Of a DNA stretch of 64,000 bases, positions 12,079 through 24,983 are shown piece by piece (positions within the stretch are counted from its first letter, which is position 1; each line of letters starts with the position of its first letter). Source of the DNA: Octopus bimaculoides (lineage: Eukaryota); NCBI RefSeq assembly GCF_001194135.2, contig NC_068991.1:42689043-42753042 (forward strand), written 5' to 3'. The notes below the pieces were generated by a model. That model worked only from the letters and a program-made list of their open reading frames with translations, made no database searches and had not been told where the DNA came from. Position numbers and translations under genes: made by a program.

Positions 12079-12349
12079 GTTATTATTATTATTATTAAAC
12101 TAATAATATTGTCAATACAACTGGAAAATAGCCAGAGAATGTCTTAGAAAATATTTTTGTTGTGTCTGTTGTTCTGTATCCAAATTGCTAAAATACCAGT
12201 TATTAAATTAAAAAAAAGATCAATGAATTTGCTGTGGTTTAAGTCTGTATGTAACCTTTTATCAAGAGCAATAGTAGAGAAGCTTGGGATGGTAGAATGA
12301 TGAATTGGGACACGGATGGATACACACACACACACCTGCACACACATAT

Positions 12350-12385
<36 letters not shown>

Positions 12386-12539
12386 ATGCACATGCACACA
12401 CAAACACATATACATGCGTATAAACCATGCCCTGTCTTTCATTTACTGTCGTGGTTATTTGTCTGGCTGCTGTGTCAGATGGAGGGTGGCATTAAATGCC
12501 AACCTTAAAAGTGCAATTTCTGCCATTTTAATATGTAGC

Positions 12540-12543
12540 GGCG

Positions 12544-12582
<39 letters not shown>

Positions 12583-12620
12583 ATAGTAGTAGTAGTAATA
12601 GTAGTAGTAGTAGTAGTAGT

Positions 12621-12657
<37 letters not shown>

Positions 12658-12692
12658 ATAATAGTTGTTGTTGTTGTTGTTGTTGTTGTTTA
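12540..12692. repeat. Compound (GCA)/(GTA)/(GTT) microsatellite
   Basis: Visible directly in the sequence. Confidence 0.95.
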
Positions 12693-12827
12693 CGTTGATG
12701 AGAAAGTTGTTGCTGATGATGATATAATCTTTCTGTGTTATTGTTCTGATACTGATACTGTCATTGGTTGTTACTGGTGTCTTTTTGCCAAGTATTGGTG
12801 TCTTTTTGGCCTTGTATTTTAGTTGGA

Positions 12828-13385
12828 TGACATAGATCCCTTGACAATATAGTATATTACTGACATACATAAAAAGAAATCGCTTACCAGGTCCTTGCTA
12901 AGAACGTACCTTTGGCTCTACACTGCGTACAAAAAAAAGAACGATTTTTTTTCTTTTTATAGTTTTATCATAGCTTAGCTTCTGCTCAACTTTGATTCAG
13001 TAATCCTATAAACAAAGACAGACAAGTCACAACCATTCTGTATTTTACCTTTCCCACACATAGGGCAACTAGAATTATATTATCTAATATTTTTGGAGGA
13101 TGTCAATGTGGGGTTGTGACATAGATTCCTTCACAATATAGTATATTACTGATATAAATAAAAAGAAAACGTTGACCAGACCCTTGCCAAGAACTTACCT
13201 TAGTTTCTACAGCTCTGTAGTAAAAAGACACTGATCTTTTTCTTTTTATGGTTTTGTCATAGCTTAGCCCCAGCTTAGCTCTGATTCAGCAGATCTATAT
13301 ACAAAGACAGACAAGCCATAACCATCCTGTATTTTTCTTTTCCCACACATTGGGCAAATAAGAGTATCTAATGTGACCTTTTTTT
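12828..13385. repeat. Two-copy tandem duplication with a 289-bp period
   Basis: tgacatagat.cctt.acaatatagtatattactga starts at both 12828 and 13117, and the similarity continues colinearly. Confidence 0.85.
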
Positions 13386-14029
13386 GAGATGGTAGGGCTG
13401 TGTATTTCCAACAGTATGGTGACACTGTGATTCATGGCAAGGGACATCTAGTTGGGTTGTAGATTTTTAAAAGTATAAATCAAGGTTTTAGAAATTCCAT
13501 ATTAATAGTTGAACTTCTCTATGGCTGGTTGCAAATCTGGTTGAGAAAGAACGAAGGTGGTAGGTGTAAGGTGAGCAGCCCTGCGCTATCAAATTTTCTG
13601 CATTACCAATGAAATACCAACAAGAGAACATATGAAACTGGTCCTGGTATCTGGAGGTAGTTTACAGAAATGGCATATAAAGCAATGGAGTGAAAGCTGG
13701 AAGGAAGCTCATATGTGAAATAATCTTCTCTCACCATGAAAAAACAAGGAGAAAGTCCATAGAGACTAAAGCACTGGCAGGCAGTTACATCTGGGGACAT
13801 GTATGATAAGTATAATTCTTCGAGGTGGCACCCCAGCATGGCCACAGTCTAATAACTGAAACAAGTAAAAGATAAAAGATAAAGATGTTATTCACAACTT
13901 TAATATACACAAATTATCATCATCATCATGAGTGCTATTTGTTTGACACCAGTATCTACCAGACTGCAATTTTACTTGACTTGATGGGTCTTTTTCTCAA
14001 GTACAACATAATGCCAAAAGATCGAGTAG

Positions 14030-14560
14030 GGCTATCTACCTGGAGGGACTTGTGGTTTGTCTGCCTTCCTAGTTACTAAGACTTTGGTTTTTGCTAGGTT
14101 AACTCTACGGCCCTTTGATTCTAGACTTTGCTTCCATACCTGGAACTTCTTTTCTAGTTCTGGACGTGATTCAGCTATAAGAACAAGGTCATCAGCATAG
14201 AGGAGCTCCCATGGGCAGCCTGTCTTGAATTCCTCTGTTATTGCCTGGTGGACTATGATGAACAAGAGGGGGTTTAGGACCGATCCTTGGTGAACCTGTA
14301 CCCTGAATTCTTAGCTGTACTCATTGCCAGTTCTCACCTTACTGGTAGCATCTCTGTACATGGCATGTACAGCTCTCACCAGCCACTCGTCTATCCCTAG
14401 TTTCTGCATTGACCACGAGATAAGGGATTGGAGGACCCTGTCAAAAGCTTTCTCCAAGTCAACGAAAGCTAAGTACAGAGATTTGTCTTTGGTTATGTAT
14501 TTCTCCTGCAACTGCCTTACCAGAAATATAGCATCAGTGATGCTTCTCCCTGGCACAAGG
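14030..14560 (-). mobile_element. RTE LINE reverse transcriptase core fragment
   Basis: ORFs 14311..14577 and 14032..14265 contain LAFVDLEKAFDRV, HQGSVL.PLLF, WELLYADDLVLIAES and VNLAKTKVL. Confidence 0.93.
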
Positions 14561-14859
14561 CAAGTAGTAATTTTCAACCATTTTTACTAAATCATAAAAC
14601 TTTAAAACAAATTTTTTCTTCAAATTTTTTTGCAAGATGTAGAAGCAAGTTTATAATTTCATCTCCTGTGTGCTAGAGTCAAAAATAACTGCTGCAGTAG
14701 GTTGTCATTTGAGGGAAATTTGGCAGCTAAGTCTCGCAGGTTGAGTAACTGCAGAGAGGCTTCTTTGGTAGTTCACTTTTTGGGCGTTTTTTTTTACTAT
14801 TGTTTTGTAAATGTGTTCATGACACTGTTGATAATGTTATTGTTAATTATTGTTAGGTA

Positions 14860-14980
14860 CAGGCATGATTGTGTGGCGAGAAGCTTGCTTCTCAACCATA
14901 TAGTTTTAGATTCAGTCCCAGCTTTGTGAGTGGATTTGGTAGATGGAACTAAAAGAAGCCTGTCACCTACACACACACAC

Positions 14981-15027
<47 letters not shown>

Positions 15028-15350
15028 ACTTCTTTTAGTTTCTGTCAACTAAATCCATTATATATATATATATATATATATACATACATTATATACATAT
15101 ACATACATTATATACATATGTATGTGTGTATGTGTCTTTGTGTCTGGGTCTGTCTCCCACCACCGTTTGACAACTTGCATTGGTTTGTTTACATCCCCAT
15201 AACTTAGCGGTTTGGCAAAAAGAGACTGACAGAATAAATATCAGGTTTAAAAAAAATTAATCATGGGGATTGATTCATTCAATAAAAAGTTCTTCAAAGT
15301 GGTACTTCATCATAGCCACAGTCTAATGACTGAAACAGATAAAAGATATT
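14860..15350 (+). mobile_element. SINE family B copy with internal (TA)/(CA) microsatellite
   Basis: Head ggcatgattgtgtggcgagaagcttgcttctcaacc, body gtggatttggtagatggaact, tail cagtctaatgactgaaacagataaaag. Confidence 0.8.
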
Positions 15351-15477
15351 TTATGTTGATACTTTTATTGTTGTTATGTTAAGGTGTTTTTGAGTTTTAA
15401 TATATTTACCATTGTTTGAGATTGAATCATTATTAAGAAAATGCATATTGTATAGTTAAAAACTATAAAAACAACAT

Positions 15478-15715
15478 GATCAGACTATCATACTATATAC
15501 TATATACCATATCTAGATTGCTATACTACTTACCAAATAACATGCCCAGACTGTCTTACTACATGCTAAATAATATACCCATACTGTCATACTGTACACC
15601 ATACAATATGTGAAGACTGCCGTATGGTGTACCATACAAGATGGTTAGGCTATTGTACTACACTCTGTGCAACATTATGTAGACTATTATACTACACCCT
15701 ATACACCATGACTCC
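15478..15715. repeat. Degenerate ~30-35 bp minisatellite (cagactgtcatacta.accatac...)
   Basis: About 7 recurring gact.tcatacta-like motifs. Confidence 0.55.
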
Positions 15716-15719
15716 ATAT

Positions 15720-15925
15720 GTGAAGGCACATGGCTTGATGGTTAGGGTATTCAGTTCAAAATTGTAAGGCTATGAGCTCAATTCCTGGCAGTGTGTTGTG
15801 TCTTTGAGCAAGACACTTTACTTCATGGTGCTCCAGTTCACTCAGCTGGCAAAAATGAGTAGTACCTGTAAATTCAAAGGGCCAGCTTTGTTGCATTCTG
15901 TGCCATGCTGAATCTTCCTGAGTGG
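15720..15925 (+). mobile_element. SINE family E copy (5' part)
   Basis: gtgaaggcacatggcttgatggttagggtattc...gtgtctttgagcaagacacttt. Confidence 0.75.
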
Positions 15926-16269
15926 AGGAGTGGATTCTTCAGATTCCTGGTTGACTCCTAGAACTGAGGATAAGGTGATAATCCAGTGCTGCCCTATGAA
16001 TTGCAGCTTGTTTTTGTTGTTGCTGTTTATTGCTTAGCCTTTCCAGATCTTCTTGAAAGAAAACCTTCAAATAACCAATTTAAAATCTTTGGCCATCTTT
16101 TATAAGCACAGGATTTAAATTGCAAATGTTAAAGGGATGTAACTAAGTATTGATTTCTAACGTTGGCATGAGAGCTTTTTGGCTCATTGCACAACCAATT
16201 CTGCTGTCCACTGCCCTAAAATAGTAAAAATAATAATAAAATTAAAAAAATAAACAGATGCCAATGCTA

Positions 16270-17060
16270 ACATCAACAAGTCATTGACAACAATAATTAC
16301 AGTTGCAGCAATACCATTTTCATCAACAGCTGCAGAAATTGCATCAACGTCTGTATCAACAACAAAAGCTGAAGCAGCTGCACAAATCACAATATCAACA
16401 ATAACAACTGCAGCAATAGCATCAATAACATGATCAACAGTAGCTACAACAACTGCAGCAATGTCTAAATATTAGCAACAACAACTGTAGCAACTACTCA
16501 ATGTCAATAACAATAACAGTAGCAGAAATTGCGGCAAACTGCACCATTGTTAATAACAATATCAACAACAACAGCAATTACTATGATGTTAATATCAACA
16601 ACTGCAGAAACTGTGCTAGTGCCAATATCAACAACAGTTGCAGCAACTACAGTCATGTTAATTTCAGGAACTGCAGCAACTGCACCAATGTCAACCACAA
16701 CAATTGCACCAATAATAATCAGCAGTGACTTCATCTATGTCAAGCTCAACAACAACAACATGAATGTGAGTATCAATAACAATTGCAGTGGTGTCAATAA
16801 CAACAACAACAACAATAACTGCAGCAATGTCAATATCAAGAGCAGCTGCAGCAGTATCAATATTGGCAACAACAACAACTGTAGCAATGTCAATATTGAA
16901 AAGAACAGCAACTTCAGGAATGTCAATATTGACAACAACAACAACTGTAATAATATCAATATTGACGACAACAACTGCAGAAATGTCAATCTTGACAACC
17001 GCAACAGCAACTGTAACAATGTCAATATTGACAACAACAACAACTGCAGTAATGTCAATA
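16270..17060. repeat. AAC-derived minisatellite (unit ~ aacaacaactgcagcaatgtcaatattgac); continues at 17490-17750 and 19540-19910
   Basis: Recurring ctgcagcaatgtcaat motif separated by variable (AAC)n. Confidence 0.85.
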
Positions 17061-17490
17061 TTGGTTTCAAATTTTGGCACAAGGCCAGCAATTCAAGGGA
17101 AGGGGTGTAAGTCAATTACATTGATCCCAGTGCATAACTGGTACTTATTTTATCAACTTCAAAAAGACGAAAGGCAAAGTCAACCTTGGTGAAATTTGAA
17201 CTCAGAACACAAAGACAGATGAAATGCTATTAAGCATTTTGCCTGGTGTGCTCATGATTCTTATTTCTTTATTGCCCACAAGGGGCTAAACATAGAGGGG
17301 ACAAACAAGGACAGACAAAGGAATTAAGTCGATTACACCGACCCCAGTGCATAACTGGTACTTAATTTATCAACCCCGAAAGGATGAAAGGCAAAAACGA
17401 CCTCGGAGGAATTTGAACTCAGAACGTAACAGCAGACGAAATACCGTTAAGCATTTCGCCCGGCATGCTAATGATTCTGCCAGCTCATTG
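17060..17490 (-). mobile_element. Two tandem SINE family A copies inserted into the minisatellite
   Basis: Two ccagtgcataactggtact...gaaaggcaaa...gaatttgaactcagaac blocks. The second retains many CpGs and has a different 3' tail. Confidence 0.8.
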
Positions 17491-17754
17491 CCTTCAGCAA
17501 TGTCAGTATTGACAAGAGCAACGATTGCAATAATGTCAATAGGAGCAACAGCTGCAACAACTAAAGCAACATCAATGTCAACAACAATATGTACCAACAG
17601 CTGCAATGTCAATGCCCACAACAACAACTGCAGCCATTGCACCAATGTCTTCAACAACAACTGCAACAATAATATTCGACACTAACAGCACAATGTCAAC
17701 AGCAACAACTACATTAACTGCAGCAACAGTACCATTATCGATAACAACAACAAT

Positions 17755-18135
17755 GTTGGCACTCCGTCGTTTACAACGTCGAGGGTTCCAGTTGATCCAA
17801 TCAATGGAACAGCCTGCTCGTAAAATTAACATGCAAGTGGCTGAGCACTCCACAGACACGTATACCCTTAACATAGTTCTCGGGGATATTCAGCGTGACA
17901 CAGTGTGACAAGGCTGACCCTTTGAATTACAGGCACAACAGAAACAGGAAGTAAGAGTGAGAGAAAGCTGTGGTGAAAGAGTACAGCAGGGTTCGCCTCC
18001 ATCCCCTGCCGAAGCTTCATGGAGCTTTAGGTGTTTTCACTCAATAAACACTCACAATGCCCGGTCTGGGAATCGAAACCGCGATCCTATGACCGTAAGT
18101 CCACTGCCCTAACCACTGGGCTATTGCGCCTCCAC
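17755..18135 (-). mobile_element. tRNA-headed SINE sharing the family E 3' tail but with a different head and body
   Basis: Reverse-complement head ggaggcgcaatagcccagtggttagggcagtggacttacggtcataggatcgcggtttcgattcccagaccgggc has an A-box and B-box. Tail cagcctgctcgtaaaattaacatgcaagtggctgagcactccacagac matches family E. Confidence 0.8.
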
Positions 18136-18559
18136 ACAACAACAACAATAGCTGTAACAAAAAAAAGGCAATGTCCTCACACATGAAATAAACTCCAAAA
18201 TGAGAAATAATAACCAAATTCCTTCTAATCACACCATATTGTTTCAGAAACAATGAAGTAAATTGAAAATCTAGTTATAGATATAAAAAAAATACATGAT
18301 GGTCATGGCTGGAAAGCCTTCAGACATAGCAGCAAGACCATAAAGGAATATTTACAAGCCTTCTCCTGAAGCCGCTAGAAATAGCAGTTAAATCCATCTT
18401 AAAGAAAGGATGTTTTGGATAATATAGTCCTACATTGGATATTACTGAAAAATGATGGGCTATTCACAGAGAGGACACTTTTGGCCATAAATCTGCTTAA
18501 TTGGAGCAGACATGCCATTAAACAACAATAACAACAACAATCATTAACCAGCACTCTAT

Positions 18560-19545
18560 CAGTTATATTGATGAGTGTTCCAATCAATGGAACAGCCTGC
18601 TCGTGAAATTAACATGCAAGTGGCTAATCACTCCACAAACACACACACCCTTAACATAGTTCTCAGGGGGATTCAACATGACGCAGACTGTGACAAGGCT
18701 GGCCCTTTGAATTACAGATGCAACTCATTTTTGCTAGCTGAGTGGACTGGAACAACACGAAATAAAATGTCTTGCTCAAGGACACAACATGCCACTTGAA
18801 ATCAAACTCATGACCTTATGATGATGATCATCATCATCGTCGTTTAACGTCCGCTTTCCATGCTAGCATGGGTTGGACGATTTGACTGAGGACTGGTGAA
18901 ACCAGATGGCTACACCAGGCTCCAATCTGATTTGGCAGAGTTTCTACAGTTGGATGCCCTTCCTAACGCCAACCACTCAGAGAGTGTAGTGGGTGCTTTT
19001 ACGTGCCACCGGCACGAAGGCCAGTCAGGCGGTACTGGCAACGGCCACGCTCAAAATGGTGTATTTTATGTGCCACCCGCACAAGAGCCAGTCCAGGGGC
19101 ACTGGCAACAATCTCGCTCGAAAGTCCTTACACATGCCGCGGGCACAAGTGCCAGAAAGGCAACGCTGGGCACAGGTGCCATCACAATTTCGCTTTCGCT
19201 TGCCCCAATAAGTCTTCGCAAGCTGAGTTTCGTGTCCAATGAGGGAGATGACGTTGGCATGGGTGCCAGACATCAAATTCAACTCGATTTCGATTTCACT
19301 TGCCTCAACAGGTCTTCGCAAGTGGAGTTTAGTGTCCAATTTAACTCGATTTCGATTTCACTTGCCTCAAAAGGTCTTTGCAAGTGGAGTTTAGTGTCCA
19401 ATGAAGGAAGGAAGGTACGCATAAGTGGACTGGCTGAGGCCTTAGATTTAGGTCTCACTTGGCTTGCCAGGTCTTCTCATGCACAGCATATTTCCAATTA
19501 ATCATGAGCTGAATATCCTAACCACTAAGCCATGTGCCTTCACAA
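18560..19545 (-). mobile_element. SINE family E copy split by an RTE 3'-end insertion
   Basis: ...actcatgaccttatgat stops at 18822 and resumes as atcatgagctgaatatcc...gtgccttcac at 19501. Confidence 0.75.
18823..19500 (-). mobile_element. RTE LINE 3' end (last codons, 3' UTR and (GAT)n tail), CpG-rich and probably young
   Basis: The reverse complement begins WKYAVHEKTWQAK*, contains three ~64-bp internal repeats (19190-19403), and ends catgctagcatggaaagcggacgttaaacg(atg)n. Confidence 0.85.
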
Positions 19546-20599
19546 CAGTAACAATAACAGCAAAATAACAGAAACAGTACCACTATCAATAACAACAACT
19601 GCAGTAAAAACAGTAGCATCAGCAACAACAACTACACCAGTAACATCAGCGGCAGTAACAACTGGAGCACCAATAGCAGAAGTAACAATGATAATAGTAA
19701 AAATAGAAACAGTAATAGCACCACCACCAGCAAAAGCAGCTACAACATAGCTCTAGCAACAGCCACAACAGTAGCTCAAGCTACAACAACAACTCCAGTA
19801 GCAACAACAACACTAACAACAGTAGTACCAACAACCATAAGAACTCCAACTACAACAACAACACTAACAACAACAGCAACAACAACAACAACAACAACAA
19901 CAACATTAACATTTCCGGTAGTATTCTGCTGCTTTCCCATTGTGATTACTGGAATGTTTTCTTAAGATTTTAGACTTAAATACATGGCTACTGCGTTGAA
20001 AACAGTTTTATGTTGAAGGTGCTTAGTTGCTTGTTTGAACAGGGTGAATGACTACATAGAATCTCTCTCCACTGACATCCACTGCATGGCTTTACTGTAC
20101 AAGATAATTCCAGAACAGTCTAGAGCATGGCAACATACCCAGGATGCCAAACCTATGATCCATTCCCTAAGTCAAACATCTTTATGCAATCAGTCTTCTC
20201 AAACAAAATTTGAAAGGATTATTCAATAATAGCTGCTTCAGTAGCAAGGAAATTCTGATGAAGATGATGATGATGATGATTGCTTTTTTCTGGTTCAAGA
20301 TGATACATTGTGGGATTACATAAAAGAGCATGTAAAAATGAGAATAACAGTACCAAAAAAATTCTAAACATAATTCTTGAAAAGTGGGGAGACCTCCAAG
20401 GGCTACTTATAGAAGTCCCACCAAGTTATGGTCACTCTGACCTTCAAGGCAAGTGCCCTTTCCTTGTTCTTCTCCTTCAATCTACAGATGTATGCCAAAA
20501 GCAGGCCTATTCAATCAAACAATACTGGCTATTATCATCCACTTTTCAACAAATTTGCTGGGAAATAGTACCTCCTTCTCTGCCTTTACTTTTTTTTTT

Positions 20600-21400
20600 T
20601 TTTTCAGGTAAGACTTGAGAAAGTTGATAAAGGCCTAGCCAAATGGGAAAGTGTCTGTCTTCAGCCTCTTTCAGTCTGGGTCTTTGCTAAAGCCACCAAA
20701 CAGATAGGGATTGCCTGTCCTTCCCAGCCAAAGCAAGGTGAAGGGATGAAGCTCACAATGAAGTCAGCCGATAGCAGGATATGTCCTACATGTGGCAGTA
20801 AGTATTCAACATAATTTTACAAGGTAGCAACATCTGGGCACTGGACCAGATGTGCAGAACAAAGTTGTCACTTTGCACACATCTTCTATAAGTATTTTCA
20901 TGCTTGTAAAATTTATCTCAAAGTGGCAATGTTCCCTGGTATCACTGTCAAGTCAGAACTTATCTTGAACTTAGCCATGGGCCTCAGCCTGGAAGTCCTC
21001 TGCAACAGACTAACAAGTTGCTTTTTGTCAATGACCTGAATTTCTTCAAGAATTTCATTGCTTTTACCTGCCATCATCCCTCTGTAGAATGCCAACATGG
21101 ATCATCCATTAACCACATTGCTCAACTGGTAGAGGGTTGTGAGCACTTGATGACATTCCAGATTCCAAATGTTTAGCTCTCAGCTAACACCTTGGCCAAA
21201 ATCTTAAAATTTACATCTAGCAAAGTTATAGGTCAAAATTTAATATGACCTCCCTTGTTTGGGTCCTTTCTTAGCAGTACCACCACTCTTCAACTCATAG
21301 AACTAAGGGTTCTCCTATTCTGCTGCTAATTCTGGTAGGTATCTGCCAAGAAATCTGCCAAGATATGTACCAAGAAGTCTTGTCCAGCATACTGACAATT
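20600..21400 (-). mobile_element. Degenerate L1/Tx1-type reverse transcriptase remnant
   Basis: The minus strand around 21180-21290 reads GVVVLLRKDPNKG..*PITLLDVNFKILAKVLAE, matching RT domains 1-2. The extent beyond this anchor is uncertain. Confidence 0.6.
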
Positions 21401-22623
21401 CTGCCAGCTCACTGCCTTAACAACAACAATAATAATGGCTTATAATTTAAGCACCCAGCCAGTAATTTCAAAAGCGACTAAGTTGATACCATCATTCCAA
21501 GTACTTGGTTGGTACATTATTTTATTAACTCCAAAAGAATGAAAGGAAAACTTGACCCTGGTGGGGTTTGAATTCAGAGTGTAAAGAGCCAGAATAGATA
21601 CGGCAAAATATTTTTCACAACACTCTAATGATTCTGCCAGCTAACTCATTTTATTATAATCCTTTCTATTATAAGCCTGAACTTTCTAAATAGGCCTCTA
21701 TTTCTAAATAGGCCTCTTTCTAAATAGGCCTCTATTACAGGCCTGAAATTTGTGGAGATGGGAACAGCTGATTAGATCAACTGGTACTTATTTCATTGAC
21801 CACAAAAGGATGAAAGGCAATGTCAATCTCTGTGGAATTTGAACTCAAACTGCCAAGCATTGTGCCCAGTATGCTGACGATTCTACCAGCACACCGCCTT
21901 CACCACCTTCATGATAATGATAATTTTTTCCTATTATAGTACAAGCTAGCAGTTTCATTTTTGGTGTGGAGTTAGCTGATTATATCAACACCTATACTTG
22001 ACTATTACTTTATTTATCAACCCTAAAAGAATGAAAGGTAAAATTGACCTTGGTGCCTAAAGAGCTGAAAGAAATGCTGCTAAAAATTTTGTCCAATATG
22101 CTCGCAATTCTACCTGCTCATTGCCTTTCATAATAGTAATAATAATCCTTTCTATTATAAGCACAAGGACTGAAATTTTTCAGGAGGGGGCTTGTGAATT
22201 ATGTTGACCCAAGTATTCGATTGGTACTTATTTCATTGACTCCATAAGGATGAAAGGCAAAGCCTATCTTGGTGGAATTTGAACTCAGAATGTAAAGATG
22301 GACAAAATGCTACTAACCATCTTGTCCATTGTTCTAACAATTCTGCCAGCTTGTCGCCTTAACAACAACAACAACAACAACAACAATAATAATAATATCA
22401 TCTTAAGATCACACTATCATCTTATCATCAAATTACATTTAAAATAAACTTTAATTTTCTTATGTTTTGACAGACACTCTCTAGAACAATACTCTGTGCA
22501 AAACCAAAAATATGGTACCCTAGTTGTAATACCAACTTGAACTTCTAACTTGTTGCCTCTTGAGATCTCTGGATGAGGCTTGGAGACAACTTGTACAAAT
22601 ACAAAGCAAAAGCCAAACATATC

Positions 22624-22694
<71 letters not shown>

Positions 22695-22900
22695 CTTAGG
22701 TACAAGGCCAGCAATTTCAGGGCAGTGGATTAGTCAATTACAGAGACTCCAGTGTTCGACTGGTACTTATTTTATCGCCTTCAAAAGGATGAAAGACAAA
22801 GTCAACCTTGGAAGAATTTGAACACAGAACGTAAAGACCGACGAAATGCCGTTAAGCACTTTGCTCAGTGCGTTAATGATTCTCCCAGCTTGTCACCTTA
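21395..22900 (-). mobile_element. Head-to-tail cluster of SINE family A copies separated by (TAA)n
   Basis: Repeated actggtacttattt...ggatgaaaggcaa...gaatttgaactcag...gattctgccagct blocks near 21440, 21740, 21930, 22150 and 22690, plus an isolated head at ~21395. Confidence 0.85.
21683..21736. repeat. 3x 16-18 bp tandem repeat (tttctaaataggcctcta)
   Basis: Visible directly in the sequence. Confidence 0.9.
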
Positions 22901-23767
22901 ATAATATTAATAATAGTTAATAAATGGATCACTGCCAGTTTCAATGATAGGTAATCAGTAGTCCAATCAACTGAACTATCTGCTCATTGAATTAGCCTGT
23001 AAGCATCTGAGTTTTCCACAGACATGTTTAACCTCAATGTAATGTTCAAGCAGGATTAACACGCACATTGCTTGCCTAACAAGGCTGAACCTTTGAATTA
23101 CAAGTAGAATCTATATGATAGGCTTCCACACAGTTTTTGTCTTCTCACTTTTTTTCACAAGGCTAGGATTGATCTGAGTATACAGTAAAAAATACTTGCC
23201 CAAGATACCATGCAGTGAGATTGAACCTACAACCATATGATTGGGAACCAAACTTCTTAACCATTCAGTCATACTAACTCCACTTCTTCCCTTGCTGTTT
23301 TTTTTTTTTTTTTTTTCCTTTTTGCATAAAGAAACATGAAAAGAAAGAGAACTAATGATCTGAGCTGAATGCTAGCAGCAGAAGAATTTCTGATAAAGAC
23401 ACCTAAGGACCAGGTAGCAATATTAAACTAGATGATGTGTTAGGGGTTACTATTGAATACTAACAGACTTTTAAGATATCCCTGTGCATTATCCCTTCTG
23501 GCATGTAAACACTATCCTTCAAATATCAGTACAATTCCTACTTCATAATTAAAGTGATTAGCACTTAGATTGGGGAATCAACTGAAGCACAGTAAGTAAC
23601 TGAATTGTTCCTCAGTACATCACTAGTACTTGTTATACCCATTATTAGTTTTAATCAGTAAAACACCCCAATTTCTGAACTAGAGTGAGAGGAAGATCAT
23701 AACATAAGCTTATACATTGTTTTATACAATAAATCTCAAGTGTTTAAGTGATACAATACTATTCTTA

Positions 23768-23853
23768 TGTAATCAAATATGGTGTAATCAATATAGTGTA
23801 ATCAATATGATGTAATCAATATGATGTAATCAATATGATGTAATCAATATGGT
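23768..23853. repeat. 6x 14-bp tandem repeat (gtaatcaatatgat)
   Basis: Visible directly in the sequence. Confidence 0.92.
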
Positions 23854-24949
23854 AAGAATAAAACCTCAACAAACCAAATCTTTGGTTTGATTTTGATTCC
23901 CATTTTAAATATCCCATTTGACTAATATTGTAAATCTATAACTTTAGCCATCATCTCTTCAAGACTGTCTTGCTCTTGTCACACTTTATAATGTCAAACT
24001 CTTAAGTGGTGCTCTAATAACCTAATAAGAGTTGCTGGATTTTTTTTTTTTTCTCACGCTATATTTACAAATAGTGCAAAGTACATGATATAAATATAAA
24101 TAATGACTTAGATTCTTATGCTAAAAGTATTTCATTAGCTATGATGCATTTAGATCTGAGAAATGTAAGAAACCAAAACAGATACTGTAAATATTTTGTC
24201 TGGTGTTCATATTATCTCTAAAAAACCCCAAAACCACACGATAAATAAAAATGAGAAAATAAAATTGAAAAATGGTAACTCAAAAGCAAAAATGAAAAAG
24301 GAAAAAAAACCCTTCAAAATAAAATAAATCATTAAACAGGATACAGTTCTTGAATGTTCTCTAGTCAAATATAAAATAAACCTTATCTTAAATCTGTATT
24401 TATAAACTTCTCATGTTGACCTACTTCTTTCTTTTTTGTTTTGTTTTATATCTTTTCTGAAGAGTGAAACCTGTTGTCAAAAACAAGATGTCAGACCAAT
24501 ATGGTAATGGAAAATTGGTTCCAGTTCTTTAAGAATTTCTCTTTTATTAGTGGGTAATTCTTTCCTAACTTCTTTAGTGATTCTTCTCAAACACAACAAT
24601 CATTAGTTGCTTATTGATACTTTATTGATACTTTATGGAAGAAGAGTCAAACTTATGTAAAGAAGTTAATTATGTTACTGTGGGTTTGATAAATGCACAA
24701 ATTTTAAAGTATTTAAATGAATTATTTTTATACCATCATACACATACATATACATACTCATACATACACAGGTGGTTTATTCTTCAATCCACATGTATAT
24801 ACATATACATAATCACATATACACATAATTGTTTATTCCTCTTTTACACTAATCCACAAATATGAACATACTCTCACACATATACATCATGATGGCTTCT
24901 CTTTGACACCAGCCCACACATAGAACACATACATACTCGCACACACACG

Positions 24950-24983
<34 letters not shown>

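Noticed and set aside
24452-24480. CTGAAGA-GT-GAAA motif
   Set aside because: There is no room for stem II and no stem III or NUH; this is a chance match.
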